A DNA stretch of 64,000 bases from Verrucomicrobiia bacterium. GTDB lineage: Bacteria > Verrucomicrobiota > Verrucomicrobiia > Limisphaerales > UBA1319. Position 1 is the first letter of the stretch. The number at the start of each line of letters is the position of its first letter. Below are positions 42,095 through 54,454 of this stretch, piece after piece. A model generated the notes under the pieces. It was given only the letters and a program-made list of their open reading frames with translations. It had not been told where the DNA came from and did no database searches. The position numbers were made by a program, and so were the translations under genes. The stretch is taken from positions 2,496,001 through 2,560,000 of the forward strand of contig OY760937.1 in assembly GCA_963664225.1 (NCBI GenBank), in the 5' to 3' direction.

Positions 42095-42697
42095 TTAGGC
42101 TGTCGAGTGGGAGTCTTGTCCAGAGCGCAACGGAAGCGATGGAAAGGCATTATTGATCACACCGAGGCCAATGTGGTCAGATGGCTCGAATCCCACGCCT
42201 GTTAACCGATGCATTATCACCAGTTCAACAAATCGATCCGTCACGAAAATTTTTCCTGTGTGTTGTGGCACTTTGAAGATTATTGCATTGGAAAGCCGTG
42301 TTTGGTCAAATACAGCCTGGCTCAAGCTCAAGATGCGTCCATCGGCGGATCGAACAATTCGAGATCTTGCTTCATCGAGGCAGTCAACCACTGCGATTAC
42401 GTTTAATATAAAGTACTCGCGCTTCAAAACCTGCCCGATTGATTTGACTTGAACCGCATCGCCAACAACAGGTTTAATCGCAGACTTGGCGCGTTCCGAA
42501 ACAAACGGAGCTTCGAAATGCCCCATCACAAAATCGTTAAGCGGCAATTTGGGATTTCCGACCTTAAGTTTTGATAGTTTCCAATCCTTCGATAGTGGCG
42601 TTCCGTCGAAATTAGCGTCGAATGTGCCAAGCCGATAATCGGCGCATCCTTTAGCGTCCACATAAAGGGCGTAAATCTTCTGAAAGCCTTTGCTCAT
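42095..42697 (-). CDS. Immunity protein (Imm11/DUF1629-like)
   Basis: PFVSERAK, YFILNV...DCLDEARS, IFKV....IFVTDRF; ATGA-coupled to the toxin gene. Confidence 0.8.
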   Translation of the reverse strand: MSKGFQKIYALYVDAKGCADYRLGTFDANFDGTPLSKDWKLSKLKVGNPKLPLNDFVMGHFEAPFVSERAKSAIKPVVGDAVQVKSIGQVLKREYFILNVIAVVDCLDEARSRIVRSADGRILSLSQAVFDQTRLSNAIIFKVPQHTGKIFVTDRFVELVIMHRLTGVGFEPSDHIGLGVINNAFPSLPLRSGQDSHSTA

Positions 42698-43617
42698 TTA
42701 ATCTTTCCTGATTCTTTAAGTAACTGTTCAGCTAAATTGTCTGCTGCTCGTTCAAAGTCGTTCTTCGTGGTCGCACCCTTGAACTCTGCGAGGACACGTT
42801 CGTAATACGCGGTGCTATCCAACTTTCCATGAAATTCTTTTGGCAAAGCAGCGCCATTGGCTGCGTCGATAAGATCGAAACCGGCCTTGTCTGCTCTCGC
42901 ACGTAATACATCCATATCCTTCCGAAGTTGCCCTTTAAGCCATTGAGAATTTGCTCCTCGATGAGGAAGTATGTGGTGCGCTTCATCTACGCCCTCCCGA
43001 ACGCCGTAACGGTAAACATTCTTAGCCGTCTTGCTTGCTTCCAAAAATCTATACATTTTGGGAGCAAGCCTACCACCACGATAAAGGCGGATCGCTGTCC
43101 CAGCGCCTCCCGGCAATATTGGTATCGCCGTTGCGGCTGCGTCATAGAGCAGCCCCCCACCGTCCACCAACGCACCAATGATGTTGCCACTCGAAATGTT
43201 GCAGCCTAGCGAGACAACTCCCAAACTGACATTGAAGGCATCCCAGCCAGTTTCAAGCGCTAAACCGTTCAAGTCGTAAAAGAAAAGCGCGTTGTTGCCA
43301 ACGAATGCGTAAAGGTTTAGCCCGCCATCATCGCCGATATACTCGCCGGTCGTCAGGAGGATGAAGCCAGGTTCTTCAATCGGGTCTCTGGAAAGCCATC
43401 TTCCCGTGCTCGCGTTGTAATACCGATACCCGTAATAAACCAAATCCGTTTCATCATCCTGGTATTTGGTGGAGAACCGGAAGGGGTTGAGCTTGGCCAC
43501 CGGGCCGGTGGCGCGGATGAGTTCACCGAAGGGGCCATAACTATACTGTGTCACGCTGCCAGTGAATTGAACCGGGCCTCTATTCCGCCTGACAGCGACA
43601 TTACACAATGCGGTCAT
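42694..43617 (-). CDS. Orphan Rhs core fragment plus AHH (HNH/EndoVII-fold) nuclease toxin domain
   Basis: YSYGPFGE, FRFSTKYQDDETDLVYYGYRYY...GRWLSRDPIEE, DLNGL boundary, EAHHILP...NG..LP..H; no YD repeats upstream. Confidence 0.85.
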   Translation of the reverse strand: MTALCNVAVRRNRGPVQFTGSVTQYSYGPFGELIRATGPVAKLNPFRFSTKYQDDETDLVYYGYRYYNASTGRWLSRDPIEEPGFILLTTGEYIGDDGGLNLYAFVGNNALFFYDLNGLALETGWDAFNVSLGVVSLGCNISSGNIIGALVDGGGLLYDAAATAIPILPGGAGTAIRLYRGGRLAPKMYRFLEASKTAKNVYRYGVREGVDEAHHILPHRGANSQWLKGQLRKDMDVLRARADKAGFDLIDAANGAALPKEFHGKLDSTAYYERVLAEFKGATTKNDFERAADNLAEQLLKESGKIK

Positions 43618-44798
43618 TTTGGCTTGGGCGTGCCTTGGGGGTGGCAGTCGATGCAGGCGACGGTGTGGATGTTGTGCGTGCTGGTTTTGGAGAAAAAGGT
43701 GGTGTCCATTTTCATTGGGTCCAGACCGCAATGCGATATTTTAGGATGGCACTTGGCGCAGGCGGTGGTCGAGTTCAGCGCATGAGGCGGATGGCAGTCC
43801 ATGCAGCTCAGACCGGCATGGACGCCGCGCGGGGTGCGGTCATCGCCGGTGCCCGCCTGGTGATAGGCACTCGGGGCATGGCACTGGTAGCAGACGCGGA
43901 TCAGTGGATCGGCGCTGATCTTCAAGCCCTCCCCTTGGAGCGCGATTCTGGGATGGGGCAGTTCCGAAACCGGGAAGAACAATTGTTCACGCCGGTCATA
44001 GTAGCCGGTGAGGCTGCTGTTCGTTGAACTGGCTGAGGCGTTCGCGGTCTGGATGAACGCCTCCTGGTGTTCATGCGCGCGATGGCAGGCCAGGCAGGGA
44101 ATGGAGGGGCGTGTGGCCAGTTTCGATTGTTTCAGTTTCCAGGGACCCCTGGTTTCCAGCGGGGTCACTATATCCCGCACGGTGCCCTCAAAGAACATGC
44201 CGTGGCAGCGGAGGCAATCGTGGTTGATCTGCTCGACCTGGTTGTGAGCCTGATTCAGGAACACGGCCGAGTAGGTCATGGAGTGGGCGTTGGTTTTCCA
44301 CTCCGCATATTGGGAGGCATGGCAACCGGCGCATTGCTTTGTCATCGCCAGCACCTGGGCTTCGGTGAGGCTGACCGGGTCCAGTAAACGCCGGGCGGCG
44401 GCATCGCGCAGGGTTTCGGGACTGGCCTTGCGACCGTGAAAGGCCGGGCTCAGGTTTTTCTCGTGGCAATTCACGCAGTCCAGAGAGGCGTGGGGCCCGA
44501 GGACGTGGATATCCGCCGGAGCGCCGGTGACATGGCATTGGGTGCAGGCGGATGGGGATTCTTTTGCGATGGCGACGGGTGTAAATGAGAGCCAGAGGGC
44601 GAGGAGGAGGAGCGTGGCGAGAGGGAGGAATGCGATCCGACAATTGCGGAATCGCGGGCGGATGGCGGATAACGCTCGATACAGACAAGGAAGACGCCGG
44701 GTGAGGGCACCCGGCCTACAACCGAACGTCGAACCGGGACGCCCGGTGAGGGCACCGGGCCTACAGGGTGGCGCGCCTTTGTGTTTCGTGGTTTGCAT
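43614..44798 (-). CDS. Multiheme (9 x CxxCH) cytochrome c
   Basis: CTQCH, CVNCH, CAGCH, CLRCH, CLACH, CYQCH, CMDCH, CAKCH, CIDCH; hydrophobic signal segment. Confidence 0.88.
   Translation of the reverse strand: MQTTKHKGAPPCRPGALTGRPGSTFGCRPGALTRRLPCLYRALSAIRPRFRNCRIAFLPLATLLLLALWLSFTPVAIAKESPSACTQCHVTGAPADIHVLGPHASLDCVNCHEKNLSPAFHGRKASPETLRDAAARRLLDPVSLTEAQVLAMTKQCAGCHASQYAEWKTNAHSMTYSAVFLNQAHNQVEQINHDCLRCHGMFFEGTVRDIVTPLETRGPWKLKQSKLATRPSIPCLACHRAHEHQEAFIQTANASASSTNSSLTGYYDRREQLFFPVSELPHPRIALQGEGLKISADPLIRVCYQCHAPSAYHQAGTGDDRTPRGVHAGLSCMDCHPPHALNSTTACAKCHPKISHCGLDPMKMDTTFFSKTSTHNIHTVACIDCHPQGTPKPK
44693..44765. repeat. Two GTAG-type REP copies inside the cytochrome 5' coding region
   Basis: 44693-44720 and 44738-44765, 45 bp period, compensatory stem changes. 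Confidence 0.85.
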
Positions 44799-44811
44799 GC
44801 AATTATTGCGG

Positions 44812-46467
44812 TTAAGCGGAACGGAACTTGGAGCCTTTCCAGCCCTTGATGATGTAGTCGGAAACCCGATAAGCCACGGCGAAGATGGTGAGCACGGGAT
44901 TAAACCCGCCGTTGGTGACATGCAAGCTGGCATCGGCAATGAAGAGGTTGTCGATATCATGAACCTGGCCGTAGGGATTGGTGACGGAGGTTTTGGGATC
45001 CGTGCCCATGCGGCAGGTTCCGGCCTGATGCTGGCCGCCGCTGACACCGGTGCCCGGGACGGACTGCCAGATGGTGGTGGCCCCGGCTTCCTTGAGCCAC
45101 ATCTCGGCCTTGGAGGCGACGTATTTGGCGACATCGACGTCCTTCGAATGGCGGTGCCCGGAAATACGGGCCACGGGCATTCCCCAGTGGTCGGTCACGC
45201 CGGGGGCCAGGTCGATTCGCGCTTCAAACACGGGTATCTCCTGGATGGGACCCACGACATTGATGCAGCGGGTGAAATACTTTCGCTGGAAATCCTTGTG
45301 CGCCTTGCCCCATGAGGGCGTGCCGGGCTGATGGCGCTGGCTGAAGAGATAGGGGAGGCGGATGAATTCGTTGGCGAGCATTCCGCCGCTGACATAGCCG
45401 GGGTTGTTATGGCTGAAATCGCAGATGGCGATGCACGCGCCGGGGTCGAGATCGTCGTAGGTCTTTTCCTCGAACAAGCCCCACGCGCCGGTGTAGGCAT
45501 GGCCCTGCAAGTTGCGGCCCACCCAGTCGAAGCGGTTGCCCGCGCCCTGGGGAAAAAGCTTCGATTTGGAATTGAGCAACAGCCGGGGCGTTTCCGTGGC
45601 CGAGGCCGACACGATCACGATGTCCGCGGACTGGAATTGTTCGCGGTCGTTGGCATCGAAATACTTCACGCCACGCGCATGCCCTTTGTCATCGACCACG
45701 ACCTGGCTGGCCACCGATTGGGTGCGCACCTCGCACAGGCCGGTTTTCATGGCCACGGGGATGACGGTGTTCTGGGTGCCGGCCTTGGCGTTGACCTCGC
45801 AGGCGAAGCCACAGCAGTAGCGGCAGCGGATGCACGCGGGACGTCCGCCGTAGGGAACGGTGTTGCGGAGCATGGGAATGGGAAAGGGGTGCAATCCCAG
45901 TTTCCGGGCGGCCGGTTCCAGAATTTGTCCCTCGCGTGTGTAGGGATGGGGCGGCATGGGGTGGGGCTTGCGCCGGGGTGGGGCAAAGGGATTCTGGCTG
46001 TCGTCCCCGGCCACACCGATCTCCCATTCGGCCTTTTCATAGAACGGCTCCAAATCCTGGTAGCTCAACGGCCAGTCCTCGAGCGTGGAATCCGCGACTG
46101 TTCCGTAGGTGGAACGCATGCGGAAATCCTTTTCCATGAAACGCCAGGCCATGGCGCCATAGCTCACGGTGCCGGAACCGACGCACGCGGCGTTGTTATT
46201 GTATGCGCCGTCACTGGGATAAACGATCTGCCAGGAATTGCCTGATTGCACGACGCGTTTGTGCCGGGCGTCATCGGGTCCGAAGGCGTTGCCAAGCACC
46301 GTCGTGCGCTGGCTGATCAATTCGTCGTGGTCGTGATCCTCAAAAGTCTGCCACGTGCCCCGTTCCAACAACACCACGGAGAGGCCCGCGGTGCTGAGTT
46401 CCTTGGCCACGACGCCGCCCCCGGCGCCCGCGCCGATGATCACCGCGTTTACATGTTTCAAAGCCAT
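44812..46467 (-). CDS. GMC family flavin oxidoreductase
   Basis: IGAGAGG, CIRCRYCCGFAC Fe-S motif, HQAGTCRMG, FNPVLT. Confidence 0.93.
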   Translation of the reverse strand: MALKHVNAVIIGAGAGGGVVAKELSTAGLSVVLLERGTWQTFEDHDHDELISQRTTVLGNAFGPDDARHKRVVQSGNSWQIVYPSDGAYNNNAACVGSGTVSYGAMAWRFMEKDFRMRSTYGTVADSTLEDWPLSYQDLEPFYEKAEWEIGVAGDDSQNPFAPPRRKPHPMPPHPYTREGQILEPAARKLGLHPFPIPMLRNTVPYGGRPACIRCRYCCGFACEVNAKAGTQNTVIPVAMKTGLCEVRTQSVASQVVVDDKGHARGVKYFDANDREQFQSADIVIVSASATETPRLLLNSKSKLFPQGAGNRFDWVGRNLQGHAYTGAWGLFEEKTYDDLDPGACIAICDFSHNNPGYVSGGMLANEFIRLPYLFSQRHQPGTPSWGKAHKDFQRKYFTRCINVVGPIQEIPVFEARIDLAPGVTDHWGMPVARISGHRHSKDVDVAKYVASKAEMWLKEAGATTIWQSVPGTGVSGGQHQAGTCRMGTDPKTSVTNPYGQVHDIDNLFIADASLHVTNGGFNPVLTIFAVAYRVSDYIIKGWKGSKFRSA

Positions 46468-46475
46468 GGTTAATC

Positions 46476-47036
46476 CTAACGATAACGGTTTTGGCCGATG
46501 ATCGGCGGCACATCCAGGCCGATCATTTTGAAGCTCGCGAAGCCCTTGTTGCCCCCGTGTCGGGGACTGCCGTAGAAGCCCTGCATGGTGTGCTGGCGGA
46601 TCATGTCGAAAAAGCCTCGGGAGGATTGATTTTTCCAGGCGGCCTCCTTGACCTGGCCGGACTCGAGCGCCTTGAGGACAGTGGTCTGGTCGACCCAGCC
46701 CAGCGCCTCGAAATCGTTTTTAAACAGGGCCTGGCTGGTTTGCTGCACGCCGATCAGGCACTGGCGATAGGTCTCCGCGTGCCTGCGGAAAAAGCCGGCC
46801 AGTTGCTTATCGATGTAATTGACCACACCGGCATCGCGCGCGCCGGGGTCCTGATCGGTGGGGATGATTTGTTCGACGATGGCGCCCACCAGACGGGCCT
46901 CGGTGTCCGTGAAGAAGCGCCGGTTAAGAGCCGCGCGCGCGGGAACCGGGGCCAACGTCAAGGCGGCCATGCCCGCCATTGCAGTACGGCAAAAGTCCCT
47001 GCGATTCCATGGTTGAGACATGGGCGCATTGTTCAA
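46476..47036 (-). CDS. Gluconate 2-dehydrogenase subunit-3-like Tat hitchhiker subunit
   Basis: NRRDF Tat motif; IIPTD..PGA..AGVVNYID, GFYGSP.HGGN. Confidence 0.9.
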   Translation of the reverse strand: MNNAPMSQPWNRRDFCRTAMAGMAALTLAPVPARAALNRRFFTDTEARLVGAIVEQIIPTDQDPGARDAGVVNYIDKQLAGFFRRHAETYRQCLIGVQQTSQALFKNDFEALGWVDQTTVLKALESGQVKEAAWKNQSSRGFFDMIRQHTMQGFYGSPRHGGNKGFASFKMIGLDVPPIIGQNRYR

Positions 47037-47117
47037 GGTATTTGGGCAATGTCAAATGTCTAAAAGCCGATTACCTAAAAGCCGGCGGTCAATCCATTAA
47101 AACCTTTCGCGGACACG

Positions 47118-47142
47118 AAAAAGGCGCCGTAAAAACGGCGCC
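47118..47142 (-). terminator. Malic enzyme terminator
   Basis: GGCGCCGT-aaaa-ACGGCGCC plus T5 on the minus strand. Confidence 0.75.
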
Positions 47143-47177
47143 GTGCGATCGGATTGTAATGAATTTACAAACTCAGT

Positions 47178-48935
<1,758 letters not shown>

Positions 48936-49279
48936 TTACATCCGTTGCAGTCCACTGGCTCGTCGCGATTATTTTCTTATGACCAACTGAGATATGCCAC
49001 ACGGCATTATATTCTCTTAACTTAAGAGAATAACCCCTCTGTCGAACAGGGCAAGCTGCAAATGCAACCTGTTTTCCAATTTTCCAATTGGGCGCAACAT
49101 GCTGGCCCGCATGGGTATTTGGAACTCGTAGATGCGGGGTTTGAAGGAGGGGAGGACAAACGCACGTGTTTCTTTGCGCCGCAGGGGCTGTACCTGACCC
49201 TGAACTTTACCCTGCGCTCTCCCAAATGCGAAAACCCGCTCCAGACTTGACGTTTCGTGGGGTTATGGTCTAATAGGAC

Positions 49280-49663
49280 ATGATGAAAGTGAAAATTTTC
49301 GCGCTGATTGCGGCAGGTTGTTTGGCGACGCTCATGACGGGATGCGTGGGCACGGTGGACGGGCGCTCGAAGGCGGGCGTGCCCTGGGTGAAGGACACCA
49401 TCGAGAGCCGTTATGAACGGCCGGTGGACCAGATTTTCGGGGCGGCAAAAGAGGTGCTCAAGTTCAATGGCACCCTTTACGGCGAAAACACCATCAACAA
49501 AACCCTCGAAGCCAAGATCAACACCACGACGGTGTTCATCCGTGTGGATGAAGTCGATCCCAAGGTTTCGCGTGTGCTGGTGCAAGCCCGCACCAAGGGC
49601 GGCTCCGGCGATATCGCTGTGGCCAGCGAGATCGATAAACAGATCGCCTTGCGCCTGAAATAA
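49280..49663 (+). CDS. DUF3568-like lipoprotein
   Basis: Lipobox LMTGC; 127 aa. Confidence 0.7.
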   Translation: MMKVKIFALIAAGCLATLMTGCVGTVDGRSKAGVPWVKDTIESRYERPVDQIFGAAKEVLKFNGTLYGENTINKTLEAKINTTTVFIRVDEVDPKVSRVLVQARTKGGSGDIAVASEIDKQIALRLK

Positions 49664-49938
49664 GGAAAAAGTGGCGCGCAACTGGCCCAGCCGGCCGCGC
49701 CCTCGGAATTGATGTGCCGTTTCACCGCGCCGCCAGCAATGGGAGTCGCGGATGAAGCGGTTTCTTTTTTTCCAAACTCATCCTGATATTCCCTGTCAGT
49801 TTGACAGACAGAACACCGGCCGCTAGTTTCCTCGATATTAAACCTGTTCAAGACGGTCCGTGCCTTGACTTTCCCTTGTGACCAAGTCAGGTTGCCCAAG
49901 GGCGCGCGTAAGCCCGTCTTATTGCCTGTATCGTAATT

Positions 49939-52650
49939 ATGAATAGACCTCATCAATTGTTCGACGCATTGGCCGAAATTACCGTCGGCGCGGGCCGCAA
50001 GCTTCATTATTATTCCCTGCCCGCCCTGGAACGCGCCGGTCTGGGCCGCATTTCGCGCATGCCGGTTTCCCTGCGGCTGGTGCTTGAATCGGTGCTGCGC
50101 AATTACGACGGCATAAAGGTGAGCGAAAACAACGTTCGCGCACTGGCTTCCTGGCAGCCCAAAACCCCGCGCACCGAGGAAATCCCGTTTGTGGTGGCGC
50201 GCATTGTGCTTCAGGATTTCACTGGAGTGCCGCTGCTCGTGGACCTGGCGGCGATGCGTTCGGCGGTGGTGCGACTGGGGGGTAATCCCAAGATGATCGA
50301 GCCACTGGTGCCCGTGGATTTGGTGGTGGACCATTCGGTGCAGGTGGATTACGCGGGATCGCCTGACTCTTACGAAAAAAACCTGGATCTGGAATTCCAA
50401 CGCAATCGGGAGCGTTACCAATTGTTGAAATGGGGGATGCAGGCCTTCGAGACCTTCAAGGTCGTGCCGCCCGGCATCGGCATCATTCATCAGGTGAACC
50501 TCGAATACCTGGCCAAGGGAGTTCTCGAGAAGGACGGCTTGATTTATCCCGACACCCTGGTGGGAACGGATTCCCACACGACGATGATCAACGGATTGGG
50601 CATCGTGGGCTGGGGCGTGGGAGGCATCGAGGCGGAAGCAGGCATGCTGGGCCAGCCGGTTTACTTCCTGACACCCGATGTGGTGGGCGTGTGCCTGACG
50701 GGCGCGCTGCGCGAGGGCGTGACCGCCACGGATGTGGCCCTGACCCTGACGCAAATGCTGCGCAAGGCCAATGTGGTGGGCAAATTTGTCGAGTTTTACG
50801 GCCCGGGCGCGGCGGCGCTGCCCGTGGTGGACCGGACGACCATTGCGAACATGGCTCCTGAATATGGGGCGACGATGGGATTCTTCCCGATCGACAGCGC
50901 GTGCGTGGATTACCTGCGGGCCACAGGCCGAAGCGAGGAGCATTGCCAGACTTACGAGGCCTATTACCGGGCGCAGGAGCTGTTCGGGATGCCGAAGCCG
51001 GGCCAGATCGATTACTCCATGCACCTGGTATTCAACCTCGCGGATGTGGTGCCCAGTGTTGCGGGACCCAAGCGCCCCCAGGATCGCATCGAACTGCCGG
51101 TTTTAAAGAAGGAGTTTACTCAGGCTTTTTCCCGGCCGTTGACAACCAACGGTTTTGGCAAGCCTGCCGAGGAACTGGCCCGCGTGAGAGTCGAAGTCTC
51201 GGACGGAAAAAGCGAATCGTACAAAATTGGCCACGGCAGCGTGCTGGTGGCGGCGATCACCAGTTGCACCAACACCTCCAATCCGAGCGTGATGCTGGCG
51301 GCTGGTTTGCTGGCGAAAAAGGCGGTTGAAAAAGGTCTGCGCGTGCCCCCGGCAGTCAAGGCCTCACTGGCTCCCGGTTCCCGCATCGTAACCGAGTATC
51401 TGCAAAAGGCAGGTTTGACGCCCTATCTGGATCAGCTCGGCTTCAACCTGGTCGGTTACGGCTGCACCACGTGCATCGGAAACTCCGGCCCGCTGGCCCC
51501 CGCAATCGAAGAGGCCGTGGTCAAAAACGATCTTGTGGCCGCAGCAGTGCTTTCGGGAAATCGCAATTTCGAGGCGCGCATTCATCAGAACATCAAGGCC
51601 AACTTCCTCATGTCGCCGCCCCTGGTCGTGGCTTTCGCCCTGGCGGGACGTGTCGATATCGATTTAAGCCGCGAACCCATCGGGAACGGCAGCAATAACC
51701 AGCCTGTTTATTTGCGCGATCTCTGGCCCAGCCTTGCGGAAATTCAGGCGCTCATGCACCTGGCGATGGACCCGGAGTCCTTCCGCCGTCTATACAAGGA
51801 TTTCGTCGCGCAGAATCCCAAGTGGAACGAAATTCCGTCGAGCACGGGCGTGGTTTATGAATGGGATGAGGCGAGCACCTACATTCAGGAGCCGCCGTTC
51901 TTCCGTCCGTTCGGCATGACCCCCGATAGTGTGCATGAAATTCGCGGAGCGCGGCCCTTGGGCATCTTTGGCGACAGCGTCACCACCGACCACATCTCCC
52001 CTGCTGGATCGATCAAGAAAGCGTCGCCGGCGGGCGCGTTCCTCACAACGCGCGGCGTCGGTTTTGCCGATTACAACAGCTACGGCTCCCGACGCGGCAA
52101 CGACCAGGTGATGACGCGCGGCACCTTCGCCAACGTGCGCATCAAAAATCTCATGGTTCCGGGCGTGGAAGGCGGTGTGACCAAGTTCCAGCCTGCGGGT
52201 GAAGTCCTGAGCATCTACGACGCCGCACAAAAATATGCGGCCAGCAAAACGCCGCTGGTCATTCTCGCCGGGCAGGAATACGGCACCGGCAGTTCGCGCG
52301 ACTGGGCCGCCAAAGGCACACGGCTCCTGGGAGTCAAGGCGGTGATCGCCCAGAGCTTCGAGCGCATCCACCGTTCCAATCTGGTGGGAATGGGGGTGCT
52401 CCCCCTGCAATTCAAGGATGGCGCCACAGTCCAGAGCCTAAACCTCGACGGCACCGAGACCTACGACATCCTGGGCCTGAACAAAGTCCTCGTGCCACAA
52501 CAGGACCTGATGATGCGGGTCACCCGCGCCACAGGGCAGTCTGAGAACGTGCCGGTGCGTTGCCGGATCGATACGCCGATTGAGATCGAGTATTACCGCC
52601 ATGGCGGCATCCTGCCTTATGTGCTGCGCCAATTGGTGACGGCGGCGTAA
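49939..52650 (+). CDS. acnA: Aconitate hydratase A
   Basis: [46 protein letters not shown]. Confidence 0.97.
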   Translation: MNRPHQLFDALAEITVGAGRKLHYYSLPALERAGLGRISRMPVSLRLVLESVLRNYDGIKVSENNVRALASWQPKTPRTEEIPFVVARIVLQDFTGVPLLVDLAAMRSAVVRLGGNPKMIEPLVPVDLVVDHSVQVDYAGSPDSYEKNLDLEFQRNRERYQLLKWGMQAFETFKVVPPGIGIIHQVNLEYLAKGVLEKDGLIYPDTLVGTDSHTTMINGLGIVGWGVGGIEAEAGMLGQPVYFLTPDVVGVCLTGALREGVTATDVALTLTQMLRKANVVGKFVEFYGPGAAALPVVDRTTIANMAPEYGATMGFFPIDSACVDYLRATGRSEEHCQTYEAYYRAQELFGMPKPGQIDYSMHLVFNLADVVPSVAGPKRPQDRIELPVLKKEFTQAFSRPLTTNGFGKPAEELARVRVEVSDGKSESYKIGHGSVLVAAITSCTNTSNPSVMLAAGLLAKKAVEKGLRVPPAVKASLAPGSRIVTEYLQKAGLTPYLDQLGFNLVGYGCTTCIGNSGPLAPAIEEAVVKNDLVAAAVLSGNRNFEARIHQNIKANFLMSPPLVVAFALAGRVDIDLSREPIGNGSNNQPVYLRDLWPSLAEIQALMHLAMDPESFRRLYKDFVAQNPKWNEIPSSTGVVYEWDEASTYIQEPPFFRPFGMTPDSVHEIRGARPLGIFGDSVTTDHISPAGSIKKASPAGAFLTTRGVGFADYNSYGSRRGNDQVMTRGTFANVRIKNLMVPGVEGGVTKFQPAGEVLSIYDAAQKYAASKTPLVILAGQEYGTGSSRDWAAKGTRLLGVKAVIAQSFERIHRSNLVGMGVLPLQFKDGATVQSLNLDGTETYDILGLNKVLVPQQDLMMRVTRATGQSENVPVRCRIDTPIEIEYYRHGGILPYVLRQLVTAA

Positions 52651-52724
52651 GGCATCCAACCCACAAGTCTGGATTGTAAATTGCTTTTGACCGCAACGGT
52701 TTCAAGCGCCGTTGCGGGGAGAAG

Positions 52725-54140
52725 TCAGTTCCGTCTGAATACGAACAACTCTTTCACAGTGAGGTTCAGCCGTTGACGCCCGAGCCAGAAAACGAACAGC
52801 ACAGGGAGGACGTCCAACCAGAATCGGTTTCCATACATCTGCCATTCCCAATACGTCAAGATTTCCTTAACTGGGTCAGAACGAAAGTCCACGCTAGTAT
52901 GAAAGTCCACGCTAAAATGTTTTAAGCATATAAAGAAATACCAATATCCGCCGATAGTCAGGCATAGAAGTCCAAGCGCGCCTGCCAATGGCCATTTTAC
53001 GAAAACACCCGCAAACCAAGGAATCACCTTTATCGGGCGAGTAGTCACTCTCCAGGCAATTACCGCAAGCGAAAGAATCAACGCGCTTTGAAGCAAAACC
53101 CCAATGGCACCTAATGAATGGCCGCTGACAAGAATCCACGACGGAAGAATCCACGACGGAATATGTAATGTCATCAAGCCTGCAGCGAATTGTATTTGCG
53201 ATACGAAACACCTGAATATCACCACCGCCGCAATCATCCATATCAAACGTTCCATCCAGGTGCGGCACACACAGGAATTTTCCATTTGGAATCCGGCTGT
53301 ATCCTTGTTTTGGCGTCGCTGGACCAGTAAGGTTGCCTCTTGATTCGATAATCCCACGTTTTGAAGCGCCAAAATATCAGGCGACAAAAAAGAAGGTTGC
53401 GAGGCTTCCGTTGAGGGCTCTGATGAAGACTCCCCGAGTGAGCGCATATATCCATACACCAAACAAACGAAGGCGATGATATAACCCAGGTTCGTGACGA
53501 TCTCTCCCAGCGAGTGCCAGGATGAGAGAATGGCTCCGTCCCCAGCGGCCAATTGAAATTTCGGAAGGAACAATAAACCAGTAATCCAATAGCCCAACGT
53601 TACCTGATTGAGGTTTAGGGCAATAATTGCCACCAGGGGCAGCAAGGGATTTCGAAGGCAGAATTGAATCCATCCGGCAGTGCAATTTAGATAGCGTGTG
53701 ACTAATCGAAACACGACGAGCCAGGCGGCACCGTGGACCAACAAATTGATAGCCATGCCCAAAAGACCAGCCGATTGCGCACCTGCATTCCAATGATAAG
53801 CATAACCGCTGATGAGAGAGGCAATGATATGCGCACTGTGTTGAATCCATAAATGGAGCATCAGCCCAACGGCCAACCACATGATGCGATCCAACCAAAC
53901 CTGCCGTTGATTCGCCTTGCCGTATTCGCGGTCCAACTCCCGGCTCGGGCCCAAGCGACGGCAGGCGATGAGGAAGGCTTCCTCCGCGCCCAGTCCTTTC
54001 GATTGGAGCGTTTGAATGGAATCGCGCAAATGGGCCTCGAGTTCCTCCATGTCGGACGAGCGGATGGCGGGGGAGTTTTCCAGGGTGGACCGCCACTGGG
54101 TCAGGGACTGCTCTAAGTCAAAGCGTTTTTGGTTTTCCAT
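52725..54140 (-). CDS. Permease-prefix domain membrane protein with internal duplication
   Basis: FDLEQSLTQWR...ELEAHLRDS...AEEAF..A.RRLG followed by TM helices; second degenerate prefix/TM unit. Confidence 0.75.
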   Translation of the reverse strand: MENQKRFDLEQSLTQWRSTLENSPAIRSSDMEELEAHLRDSIQTLQSKGLGAEEAFLIACRRLGPSRELDREYGKANQRQVWLDRIMWLAVGLMLHLWIQHSAHIIASLISGYAYHWNAGAQSAGLLGMAINLLVHGAAWLVVFRLVTRYLNCTAGWIQFCLRNPLLPLVAIIALNLNQVTLGYWITGLLFLPKFQLAAGDGAILSSWHSLGEIVTNLGYIIAFVCLVYGYMRSLGESSSEPSTEASQPSFLSPDILALQNVGLSNQEATLLVQRRQNKDTAGFQMENSCVCRTWMERLIWMIAAVVIFRCFVSQIQFAAGLMTLHIPSWILPSWILVSGHSLGAIGVLLQSALILSLAVIAWRVTTRPIKVIPWFAGVFVKWPLAGALGLLCLTIGGYWYFFICLKHFSVDFHTSVDFRSDPVKEILTYWEWQMYGNRFWLDVLPVLFVFWLGRQRLNLTVKELFVFRRN

Positions 54141-54448
54141 AATTTGGTGAGCGTTGAGTGAACCGTCATCCACTGTTGCCGTTCCTGGGCGAGGGCTTTG
54201 CGGCCTTCCTGGCGCAACCGGTAATACTTGCGCTTGCGGCCGCCCTCCGTTTTCCATTCCGACTCCAACATCTTCTGCTCCTCCATCCAGTGGAGCACGG
54301 GATAGAGCATGCCTTCGGTCCATGCGATCTTGCCGTCCGATAATTCCACCACCCGCTGGATCAAGGCGTAGCCGTAGTTTTCCCCCTCGGTCAGCACGGA
54401 GAGCACCAAAGGGACCGTGGAAGCGGCGACCAGTTCTTTCGAGAGCAT
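54113..54448 (-). CDS. PadR family transcriptional regulator
   Basis: ENYGYALIQ, EGMLYPVLH, RKRKYYRL. Confidence 0.92.
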   Translation of the reverse strand: MLSKELVAASTVPLVLSVLTEGENYGYALIQRVVELSDGKIAWTEGMLYPVLHWMEEQKMLESEWKTEGGRKRKYYRLRQEGRKALAQERQQWMTVHSTLTKLWKTKNALT

Positions 54449-54454
54449 GGCGCC

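Noticed and set aside
44799..45134. Longer N-terminus for the cytochrome given in the ORF track
   Set aside because: It overlaps the GMC gene in another frame; ATG 44798 just after the GMC stop is more plausible.
54141..54323. N-terminal extension of the permease-prefix ORF (likewise 33847-34311 for the SDR and 21128-21229 for comF)
   Set aside because: These extensions overlap genuine upstream genes; family similarity starts at the downstream start codons.
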